Shown piece after piece: positions 11,736 through 22,850 of a stretch of DNA of 64,000 bases. Source of the stretch: Blasia pusilla (lineage: Eukaryota). The notes below the pieces were generated by a model, which did no database searches, had not been told where the DNA came from, and saw only the letters and a list, made by a program, of their open reading frames with translations. The position numbers were made by a program, and so were the translations under genes. The stretch's first letter is position 1. The number at the start of each line of letters is the position of its first letter. The stretch covers positions 7,626,001 to 7,690,000 of the forward strand of contig CM114271.1 in the NCBI GenBank assembly GCA_050084515.1, given 5' to 3'.

Positions 11736-14126
11736 CAAAGTCAATTATTGAAAATCTTCTCAAGGCGACTTCTTAAGTTTCTGACATTGTTTCGTCTTGA
11801 TTTCTGAGATGGACCACTCCCTACGTGTCTTTGCCGTTCGGCCCGAGCACAATTTCCAGGTGTTCAAGATCCAGGATCCTGTGGATCCATGCTCAGATGG
11901 GTACAGCTTAGATAGTTTGTACAATTCCCCCCCGGGGATTTACATGCAAAGACAGTACCCCACTTCTGGGAGGAAGGGAAAAGTCGCCAGCCCTGATGCA
12001 AACACTCATTGAGCTCTGCTCAAGGCGGGGTGACTTGGTGTTTGACTTAGTGGGCCTTTCAGGGGCGAGTATCAGAGGCGCCTGGCAGAGTGGCAGGAAC
12101 ATTCTTTGCCTCGAGAGAAGGCAGGAACTGTTTGACCTTTGCAAGGAGGCAAAGGCAGAATACGAAAGGCTCGTTGGGGCGTACAACTCTCCACCGAAGC
12201 CGAGAGCTCCTGTTCCAGAGCCACCCTTGGTAGTGACTCCATCGTCACTTCCAACGATTCCCAAAATCGGGAGGGCAAGGCCGAAAGTGATTTTGCAAGA
12301 GCTCTCGGACGATGACGAGTGAGTTCAAAGAACTCAACGACCCAGATTGATTGCAGAGTTGGAGTAGGGAGTTTTTTGATAATTTGGCAAAAGATTTCAT
12401 AGAATAGATCAAATATACAGTTCCGAGCTTTTTTCGGATGATATAAAGCAAAAGATTTTTTCGATCGATGGTGGTGCTTGTAAATGTTTGCTGATCATTT
12501 TGTCTTTTCGAATGTGATCGTCTATGTACTCCACGGTCTTCTACTTTGCAACCCGTCGGATTTCTCCTGCTTGCAATTTTCACTTTATGACCACTGCAAC
12601 CCGTCGGATTTCTCCTCCTTGCAACTTTTTGCCTTTTGACCACTCGACCCTTTTTACCACCTCGGGCGCTTGATCGATTCCGGACAGATTGCCCGATCGG
12701 ACCCTTTTGGATCAGCGATCTGGCGGGCTTCTTCCTTGGCACCTTCCCGCCTTTCGTAAAAGGCGGCGAGGCTTCTTTTTCTTCTCTCGAGGCGTGTTGG
12801 ATTCCTTCTACTGTCAGGCGGTTGCCATAGTGGTATTACCAGGGGACGGAGCGAGATATTGATTTGGATGGGTGTCACATTGCGAGCGTACAAGGTATCT
12901 TTGCCAAGGAAGGCGGTGGGACTCGAGACAGGTTACATGGGACCGTTATAGTGTACCAAGGGGGGGGCCAAGGCTCTCCAATTCGCCAACATTTTCGATC
13001 CCCGTCTACAATCGGCTAGAGGAGCCACTTGAATCCCAGGACATTCCTTTGGTACTGTCACCGAGGAGAGTTAGGAGTAAATTTGTAGATGACGAGGCTG
13101 AAGAAATCATAGACTAGGTGAAATGTACATTTCCGAGGTTCCTTCGGAGGTAATAAAGGACGAGATTTTTTCAACCCATAATGGTGTTTGTAAAATTTTT
13201 ATGGAATATGTTTTTGGACTTGTGGATTGTGTTCTTTTAGCTACTCAGAATTACAATTCTACAACCCGTATGATTCCGACTTTTTGCTTTTTGCCCACTG
13301 CAAATTTTTAACCATTTCCAGGCAACCTCTCGGATTTCGACAGGTTGATTTCGCTTGAGTGATCGGACTCTATCCCGGTGAGACCAACCGGCGCATTGTG
13401 GCGGGCTTCTTGACTTTTGGCTCGTTCCCCTTCATTCGTCGAACCAGTTGTAGGTTTCTTTTCTTGTCTAAGATGTGCAAGATTCCTACTACCTGTCGGA
13501 TTGCCATTTCGGATTCCCAACCCGTTAGATCGTCGTGGGTGCAGGGTGGAAGAAAATCACTTCTAAAAATCTTTCGTTTCTTATGGTGAGCTTTCTTACG
13601 GGTTGGGAGGGGTGCAGCTTCTCGGTTTCTGAGCCTTAGGATCTGATTTTTTCACATTTCAGAAAGTTGGTCTTGAGCAGACACCATTCATAACCGACAA
13701 AAAGTTGGTTATGGGGCAATTTAGGGGAGGCCATGATGCAGGCAACAATCCGTGCAAAAAGAGAGGTACCCATCCGGGTGGTCCTCCAACAGAAATACCA
13801 AGGGCACTGTTTTTTGTTGACCGAGACAGGGAATGTTGAGAAACTTAGGCTCACATGGACGGTGATGGAAAAATGTTTAGGGTGGTCTTATGATGTCTCC
13901 TTTTTTCTCGCCTCCAGGAAAGAGGAGGTTTTTTTAGGGCCAAATGTGGACCACTACCTACTCTCTTCTAAAGATTTCCTGAATTTGAAAGCAAACGAAA
14001 ATTTTAAATATGTCAAAAAGTTTTGAAGAGAGGAGGCGGATTTGGCCCTTTTTTTTTAAGAGAGACTCTCCTTTCTTCCTCTCTTCCTCTCCCCTCTTAC
14101 TCTCTCCTGCCAGAATACCAGCCCCC

Positions 14127-15769
14127 TCCTGATCTCTGCGTATATTGCTTGTAGCCTCCTCCACTTGTCTCATCAAGCAGAGAAATCCATCCTCCAACCC
14201 AGTCATGCTCCTCCTTGTGATCGAGTTCACCAACTCCATTTTCGCTGGAACCTCACGGACCAACCGCACCTGTAACCGTTTGCCTTTTAGCAAGATGCTC
14301 AACCTCAATGGTCGGCGTCTTAACTCCACCTCATATGCATCTAGGAATGTATTCCCCAAAACTCCGTCCATGCCATCCATTTCGCACACAGTGAAATTCT
14401 CCTTCAACTCGAATACTCCGCATCCTACTGTCAAACCCAAGACCAAATCAGAAGTCCGATGAGACTTGCCTCCTGCAAATCCCACTCGAACAGGCTCGTC
14501 CGCCTTAGAGGTAGACAGCCCCAGTTCCTTCACGATTCTCGGGCTTAGGAAGGAGTGCGAAGCACCTGTATCCACGAGCAACAACACATCGCGATCAGCA
14601 ATCTTGGATCTTAGGTACACCAAATTGTGCGTCCTCTTGGTGACTTGAAGGGACGTCTCGAGATCGCCCGCCAACAGATGCTTAGCAGCAAACGCAATCA
14701 TACTCCCATTACTAACCTTCAGTTTCGAACACCCTTTCGACAGGTGCCCTGGTTCGCCACAGTTGTAGCATACGACCTTGCCGTTCCCTGACTTTGAGTG
14801 TTGGCCTCCTTTTGGTTTTGCATGAAGTTCCACTCGTTTTGCTGCCGCGGCATACGACTCTCCTGGTTCGTGCTGGCCCCCACTCCAGCCTCTTTTGAAC
14901 GCCTCCTTATTTTTCGACTTCTTTGAAAAAACTTTTGGCTCGAAGGGTTTCTGGGTTTGGACCTCATCGTCCCCAATCCGCTCCGCTAGCTTCAGAAGGT
15001 CCGCGCACGTCTCTGGCAATGTCGGCATTCGGTAAAGGGCCTTTTCAGCGCTCGGCTTGAGTCCACTAATGAAGATAGCCTTCTTCGCGTGTTCATCCAT
15101 CTTTGGACTAGAAGTCAGCTTCGCACTAAACTCCCTCACATAGGCGCTTAAGGAACCACTCTGCCGCGTCCGCACGCATTCCACCGTGTCATGCAACCCT
15201 TGGTACTCCGGAGTGAACCGATCCCCAATCAACTCCTTGAACTCCTCCCAACTCAGAGGAGACTCGCCGCCCAGATATTCCTCTCATTGAGCTGTCCACC
15301 ATTGTAGAGCATGATCCTTCAGGAAAGAAACGGCTACCGTCACCTTGTCCTGCTCAGCAGCCCTCTTCGCCTCGAGGTACAGTTCCAGTTCCGTAAGGAA
15401 ATCCTTCACTTTCCGCGAGCGCCCCACTCCCGTGAATGGTGTGGGTAGGTTCGTCTTGCAGAGCTTTTTGCCCACACCCGGGTTTCAAATGGCCTCTAAC
15501 TCTGCAATCCGCTTGCTTTGCTGGGACATCTGCTCCACCAACACCTTCAACAAGTCCAACGTCTGGCTCCACTCCGTCCTTTCCCCTGAGTTTGGGCCCA
15601 CTGGCCCCGCGGAAGGAGTCGCCTCTGGGACGTCCTCACGACTGGCATTCAGCTCTTCGGGAGTCTCCGTCTCCTCTATAGCTTCACGGTCCGGCATTGG
15701 TTCCTCTCTTGGTTCACGTCGCTTGATTCGGCGCTTCTTGGCTTGTTCTCCCTCGATCGCCATTTCCAA
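14127..15769 (-). pseudogene. Gypsy A gag and aspartic protease
   Basis: Gag PTPFTG...FLTELELY...LKDHALQWW; zinc knuckle CYNCGEPGHLSKGC; protease LLVDTGASHSF and VLGNTFL. Confidence 0.92.
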
Positions 15770-15898
15770 GCCAACTCACTCAGATCTCCTCCTCATTTCT
15801 TGCGTCCCTCCTCGAGCGTCCGAGTCTAGCCGCTACCTTGAAATTTCCCAAGCGTCCGGCTAATCCCACGACCCCAAGTTCTCGCTCACCAAGGATAA

Positions 15899-15910
15899 GC
15901 TCTGATACCA
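15899..15910 (-). promoter_or_regulatory. Primer binding site (tRNA-iMet type)
   Basis: Minus strand TGGTATCAGAGC, 2 nt after the LTR terminal CA. Confidence 0.9.
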
Positions 15911-15912
15911 CT

Positions 15913-16914
15913 TGTCGCGCCCCTACTCTCCTTGAACGTCAATCTTTAGTGTTGCGGAAGCGTGCGTTCAGTAGGTCACGAACTCATCGCCGATCTGCAC
16001 CCAAACACGCCCTCTCGTTAGTCGGGTTTGGCCAACCGGCGTTCCAACCCACCGAGTCCTCAACTCGGCGTCTCATCAAGCTCAACCTTCCTTAGTTCCT
16101 AGTTTCCAACACATGGCAAGTCCTTCAAGACTTGGAACAGACTTTCTGGTTAGTCCAAGGATCTGAAACGGCACTTGCGCGCCTAGCGATCCCAACTGTT
16201 CAACGGTCCTCGGGTGAGTTCCGAACCGAGACCCAAGTAATTGAGTCGCGGGGTGGAATCCAAGAGGGATGTCTAAAATCGCCTCACTGGACTTGGTGTA
16301 GGCTTTCCAACCCAACCCCCAAACTCGCGTTCCGTTCCATGCCCTTGAGCCACCCCGCGGCGCCCAAAGTGGGGTTTGGGTTCCAAGCACTCTCGGAGAC
16401 CTTTCCCCTTACTAGTACTTCTGGGGTTCTCCAATAACCCCTCCCCTTTGGGAAAAGAGGGTCGGGCCTTTCATTGTGGCCCTCAACCCGACTCCACTTA
16501 CAGTCGTTTTCGGGTTGTATCTCGGCCGCTGCTTATGTGTTTGCAGCGATCTTTGGTTCGTTTGGACCGGCTCTCCATAAGCTTTCCAACGCACCCTTAT
16601 TTTCTCCAAACGCATCTTGGTGCTAAAAGTTATGGCCATAAATACAGTCGGAAACTCTCAAACGCTAGTGGCGTTCTTAATCCGGATCTTCCTTTTGGCA
16701 ACCCACTTCCTAGACTCGACTTCTTTCAAGTCTCATTCCGCGTTTGGTCCAGGTTTCTCAGTCACCACCATAACACCTGAAACGCGACTCCTCGTTCGCG
16801 TCTCGTATCTTGTCTCCTCTTTGAGACAACTCCAACGCGCAAACCATCTTAGCGTGAGCCCGCTAATGTTCCGATGTTCCGCTTGGCACTTGTTTGGTCA
16901 TGAGGGTCGCGACA
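15913..16914 (-). repeat. 5' LTR of Gypsy A (~1.0 kb)
   Basis: Bounded by inverted termini TGTCGCG...CGCGACA; PBS on one side and satellite DNA on the other. Confidence 0.85.
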
Positions 16915-19900
16915 ATAGATCTAGTTCCAAAAATGAGAATTGAATCCAATTCTTTAAACCATAAACATTCAGAACCCTAGTTCCAATTGACTTTGTTGAC
17001 CTCCAAACTGTATCATAAAAAACCTAAGCGATCAGCCTCTATCGGGACTAACTTATTTTTGGAACTATAGATCTAGTTCAAGAAATGAGAACTGAATCCA
17101 ACTAACTATTGGATGAACATTTGGGACCATACTTCCACTTGACGTGGCTGGACTACAAACTAGTTGTAGAAATGATAAGTTGACCAAAATATCTTAACGA
17201 TGAGCACTCAAGAATCCAAGTTGTGAATGACATCTCCCGCCTCCCAATAAAAAATATGCATCCAATTGCATCGAAATTATAGATCTAGGACTAGTTTGAT
17301 AGCCCTAAATCCAAAAATAAAAACTTGACCCAACGATCTTAACGATGAGCATTCCGAACTCTAGTTCCAAATGACATCGCTGGCCTCCATTGAGACTACC
17401 TCACTATCGAAACTAGAGATCTAGTTCTAGATAAGAGAACGAGGACCAATCAGAATTGTCATTCTGATTGACAACCAAAACATTGCCGCCGTCGGGACTA
17501 ACCAACTATCAGAACTAAAGATCAATTGAAAGGAATGAGAACTCATCCCCAAACTAGGGTTCCATCTCCATAAATGATATTGTTGGCCTCCATCGCCACT
17601 ACCTCACTATCAAAATTATTGATCCAATAAAAAATATACATCCAATTGCATTGGAACTACAAATCTAGTTTCAGAAGAAATCCAACAAGAAGTAAGAATG
17701 TGTGTCAATCGGAAGTCTAGTTCCAAACCCTGAACCCTAAACTCTGACATGAAAAGTAGTTGTATAAATGATAAGTCGACCAAAATACCTTAACCACGAG
17801 CACTCGAGAATCCAACTCTAGATGATATCCTCCGCCTCCTATTAAAAAAATGCATCCAATTGCATCGGAACTATAGATCTAGGACCAATTTGATAACCCT
17901 CAATCCAAAAATGGAAACTCGACCCAATGATCTTAACAATGAGCACTCCGAATGCTTATTGTTAATGAGCATTCCAAATAACATTGCTGGCCTCCATCGA
18001 GACTACCTCACTATTGGAACTAGAGATCCAGTTCCACATATGAGAGCGAGGATCAATCAGAATTATCGTTTGATTGACAACCAAAATATGGCCGTTGTCG
18101 GGATTATAGATCCATTTAAAGGAATGAGAACTCATCCCCAAAATAGGGTTCCATTTCCAAAAATGACATCATTGGCCTACATCGCCACTACCTCACTATC
18201 AAAACTTTTGATCCAGTTCTCAAAATTAGAAGGAGGATCAATTGTTACTCAAGTTCCAATTCCAGGAATGAGAACTAATCCCTACACAGGGCATTCGGAA
18301 TCGTAATCACCAAATGACATTACTGGCCTCTTTCCAGACTACCTCAGAATTGGAATTGTAGATCCAGCTCACGAATTTAGAATGAGGAAGAATCAAAATT
18401 CTAGTTCCTAATGACAACCGGAACATGGCGGTCGTCGGGACTAGCCGACCTTGGAACTACATATCCATATACAAAAATAAGAACTTATCCCAAAACTTTG
18501 GTTCTAGTTTCAAAATGGGAATTGATCCCTAAACTAGGGTTTTCAGTGGAAAACAAGAGGACTTGACCCAACCTTCTAAACGATAAGCATTCAGAACTCT
18601 AGTTCCAAATGATATCTTTGTCAAGACTACCCCACCATCACAACTATAGATCCACTTCTCTAAATGAGAACGGGGATCAATCAGAACTCAAGTTATGATT
18701 CCAAAAATGAGAATTGATCCCTGAACGAGGCCATTGGGAATTGTAGTTCCCAAATGAAATTGCTCGTCTCTTTCTGTGCTACCTCACAATTAGAACTATA
18801 GATCAAGTTCTTGATATGAGAACGATGATCAATTAGAATTCAAGTTCCAATTCCAAAAATGAGAACTAATCCCAAAACGAGGGCATTCTGAAATGTAGTT
18901 CCCAAACAAAATCGCTGGCCTTTTCCCCGGCTACCTCACAACCGGAACTATAGATCCAATTCTTGATATGAGAAAGAGGATCAATTGGAACTCAAGTTCC
19001 GGTTCCAATAATGAGAACGGATCCCTACACTAGGGCATTCCGTAGTTTGCGAGACAAATCACTAGCCTCTTTTCAGAATACCTCACAATCGGAACTATAG
19101 ATCCATTTCTTGATATGAGAAGAAGGATCGATTAGAATACAAGTTCCGATTCCAGAAGTGAGAAGACGTCCCTAAACGAGGCCATTCAAAACTGTAGTTA
19201 CTAAATGAAATTGCTAGCCTCTTTCCCGGCTACCTCACAATCAGAACCGTAGATCTAGTTATGGAAATAAAATCGTAAATAAATTTGTTGGCCTCTTTCT
19301 CGGCTCCCTAACAATCGGAACTATAGATCCTCTTGTGATACCTACAATTTTGCAATTTTCATGATCTATACATTTTTTTAGTAAAAATAGATGATAGATG
19401 TCTTCAAGCATGAAGGTGGAAGACTCTTTGAAGTAAAGTTTGTACATACAAGGCTTTCTTGAATATTTTTTTGTATATTGAAAGAATCTGAATTACGGGA
19501 ATGGATCATGAAGCTTCTAGGAAAAGGCAGAGAGGTGAAACATCAAGGACTTGCCTTGGAGGAGAGAGAAATTAGCTAACGAAGTCGGAAGACCAAGAGC
19601 GAAGCTTGGAAAAGACAACAAAGCACGAATAAAGAACTTATTAATGAAGTACTTCGTTCTTCAATGAAAATGGAAGACAAAGACCAAAGTACTTTGTTCT
19701 TTAACCAAGGACCAAGACAAAACCACAGTACTTCGCGAAGGAACGAAGAGCAAAGCACTTAAAACAAGAGTGAAGAGTAAAGCGCTTCGTGAGTTCACAA
19801 AGAGGAAGATGTCTCGACTTCCTGGCAAAGAGAAGACTGTCCACGATTCCAAGCGACACAAGGTTAGAGTAGTTAGGCTAGGAAGAGGTGTGACTTTTCG

Positions 19901-22000
19901 GACTAGATAGGAAGTTAGAATAGTTATGACCAGCGGATTCCTATGGATCATAGGAAAACTTAAGAGAACCGTAGATCAAAGTAGTTAAAAGATCTCAAGA
20001 GGTGTCTATTTAGCAAGAAGCGCTTCAGATCTTTAGTACTGATACCGTTTGGAAGGATATATAAGGATCATCAACGTAGTTATCAGCATCATTCTCTTAC
20101 AATGTCCTTATGCTATAGAAATGGTCCGAGTAAGGGAGTAGTACCCTCTCATGCTTGTATACACTTTGAAGCCTTCTTGTTCTTGATGGAATAGAAAAGA
20201 ACCCATTTCTTCATTCAGATGTGCGGCGTGTATGCATGAGTAAGCTTATTGGGTTTGTAGAGTGAGGAGTGGATTGGGAGAGCAACTTTCACCAATAGAA
20301 TAATCAACATCAAGATGTGAGAAATCTGTTTGACAGAGAGTAGGCTGCCAGGACGGATTGAGTTCCGAAAGTAGGAGAAGCCATTATGTTGCTGAGATCT
20401 CTGTGAGGTTCTTTGGTGTTGAATGAGGATCTGCTTGAGCGTTCATTTGATTCCACTTGAGAGAATAGAGAAAGGAAAATCTTGGTACTTGTGAGAAGAG
20501 AATGAGCGAAAGAATGTTTGAATATGTTTTGTATCAACATAACACTTTAAATTTTTATTTTGGATAATAGTGATACTCTTGGGGATTGAATTTTATCAAT
20601 ACTTCCCAAAACAATTGCTTTTTAGTATCCTTGTACATTATACGAGTTCTCGATATGAGAAGGAGAATCAATCGGAATTCAAGTTCCGGTTCCAATAACA
20701 AGAATTGATGCCTAAAGGAGGGCATTCGGAAAAATAGTTCCCAAATGAAATCAACGGCCTTTTCCCGTCTCCCTCAAAATTGGAACTAGAAATCGAGTTC
20801 TTGATATGAGAAGGAGGATCAATTAGAACTCAAGTTCCAATTCCAAAAAGGAAAATTGATCCCCATACTAGGACATTCGTAACTGTAGTTCCCGAATGAA
20901 ATTTTTGCCCTCTTTCCCAACTACTTCACAATCAAAACTCTAGATCTAGTTCCAAAACTGAGGAGGAGTATCAATCAAAACTCAAATTCTGGTTCTAGAA
21001 ATGAGAACTGATCCCTAAACAAGGGCATTTGGAAACGTAGTTCCCAAATGAAATCGTTGGCCTCTTTCTTGGCTAACCCACAATCGGCACTATAGATCTA
21101 GTTCTTGATAATAGAAAGAGGATGAATAAGAACTCAAGTTCCGGTTCTAGAAAGGAGAATGCATCCCTATGCTAGGGCATTCAAAACTATAGTTTGCGAA
21201 TGAAATCGTTGGCCTCTTTCCAAGCTACCTCACAATCAGAACTATAGATCCAATTCTCGATATGAGAATGAGGATCAATCAAAACTGGTTCCTAATATGA
21301 GGGAAAGGATCAATCAAAACTGGTTCCTAATATGAGAAGAAGGATCGATCGAAACTTAAGTTATGGTTCCAGAAATGAAAATTGATTCCTAAACAAGGGC
21401 ATTCGGAACTGTAGTTCCCAATGAAATCGCTAGCCTTTTTTCCACCTAACTCAAAATTGAAATTAATTCTCGATATAAGGAGGATAAATCAGAACTCAAG
21501 TTCCGATTCCAGAAAGGAGACATAATCCCTACACTAGGGCATTTGGAACTATAGTTCACAAATGAAATCGCTGGCCCTTTTCCACGCTACCTCACAATCA
21601 GAACTATAGATCCAGTTGTGGATATGAGAATGAAGATCAATCGCAACTCAAGTTCCGGTTCCATAAATGAGAATTGGTCCTTAAACGAGGCCATTGGGAG
21701 CTGTAGCTCCCAAATAAAATTTCTTGCCTCTTGTCGGGCTACTTCATAATTGCAACCATAGATCCATTTCTAGAAATGAGAAGGAGGATCAATCAGAACT
21801 CAAGTTCTTGTTCCAGTAATGATAACTCTTTTGGTTAAAGTAATGAGAACGATGAGAATTCAAAACTCTACTTCCAAACGCTAACGATGGCCTCCGTTGG
21901 GACTATACCACCATCAAATATAGATCCAGTGCTAGAAATGAGAACGAGAATTTACCGCTTACTAGTCCGAAATCAAGTTTGAAATGAACTCGATGAGACC
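16915..22000. repeat. Degenerate tandem satellite, ~152-bp unit
   Basis: acctcacaatcggaactatagatcc-like motif at 18781, 18933, 19080, 19232 and 20923, 21075, 21227; more scrambled toward both edges. Confidence 0.9.
19331..20643. mobile_element. Unclassified ~1.3 kb insertion in the satellite (LTR-like)
   Basis: Satellite unit breaks after ctatagatcc (19330) and resumes at gagttctcgatatgag (20644); purine-rich, with TATATAA near 20058; no convincing TSD. Confidence 0.45.
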
Positions 22001-22850
22001 TCGAACAAGCTTGCTGAACAGACACCATACTAGTTGGATGTTTAGAAAAATAATAAGCGTATTGGATCTTCAAATCAATTAAATGACTTGAGCATTGGAA
22101 TTTTAGTCCCTCCTTATATTCCCTTTATGAATATATCAACACTATATAGATGACATTTTGAAATAGGTTTAGAAATGGGAATTAGTTTCCAATTTGAAAT
22201 GCATACGCATGTGGAAAAACACATACTACGGAGATGCATGCATCAAACGCGTTGCGCCTCGGAGACCCATTAAAAACTCCTAAAGGAAATGGCAGTGTCC
22301 TTAATCTTGACAAGCAATTTTCCTTAAAAGCTAGAAGTTATAGTATCTGAAACCCCTTGACATACATTTTTTTATCCTGCCTCCATTAACATCAAAACGA
22401 GCTTCTCTTATACTCCACCGTAGACCAGATTCAGACCAACACAATTGTTGCATTTGGAAGGAGGGAAAAAAAATTGCCTCACAATATTATTTCCGTGTCG
22501 ACCTACAAAAGATCAACAACCGGGAGCTCCCATTCTTCCCTCATTTCTAAAGCACACGCTCTGCACCTCCGATGCAAAAAGATCGCTAGCAAGAAAATGA
22601 CCTGGGAAAATGTTGCTACTTATACTTGTTTATCATGCCAAACTCGATATTCGACTAGGGGCCCAGATAAGATTGGAAGCAGCTTTTATCATCCGCGGGA
22701 ACACTCGCGAAGATGCTGATATTATGTTTAGTAAGTTTTTTAGAACGTTGTAGCGACACAATGCATACACCTTGAAAGATCTTTTGACATAGTTTTTTAA
22801 CTCCACTCACCGAATCTAGCACAACAAGTGGTTCATGACATTCCCGACTT

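Larger units (their letters stand above)
7913..12322 (+). pseudogene. Multi-exon cargo gene copy 1: charged coiled-coil, ParB/Srx-like domain, N4/N6 DNA methyltransferase-like fold
   Basis: IAKLKQS...PPFYV...FIWDGNHRFMAW (WDGNHR 8941-8958); VDLLIADLPSG (DLPS 11023-11034); LMQTLIELCSRRGDLVFDLVGLSGASIRGAWQSGRNILCLE. Conserved in copy 2. Confidence 0.7.
2218..14126 (-). mobile_element. Non-TIR Mutator-like DNA transposon, copy 1 (~11.9 kb)
   Basis: Colinear inverted homolog of 42012-54898; flanked by direct repeat TCCTGATCTC (2208-2217 and 14127-14136); encodes a MULE-type transposase. Ends uncertain by 1-2 nt. Confidence 0.88.
1..16914 (-). mobile_element. Ty3/Gypsy LTR retrotransposon A (3' part outside window), interrupted by MULE copy 1
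   Basis: LTR, PBS, gag-CCHC, protease, RT, RNase H and integrase in Gypsy order. Removing 2218-14126 plus one TSD copy restores the frame ...SNIRRDQ|DTASRGVPEPLQEVVKEF... Confidence 0.93.

Noticed and set aside
8632-12322. Bacterial or phage contamination (ParB plus MTase)
   Set aside because: The gene has GT-AG introns and lies in a TSD-flanked element inside plant-type retrotransposons.
13958-14126. C-terminal extension of the gag-protease ORF (also 2143-2385, 42012-42075, 54738-54898)
   Set aside because: Read-through across the transposon junction into GA-rich terminal DNA.
17860-18306. 148-aa ORF
   Set aside because: Lies wholly within satellite sequence; no recognisable motif.
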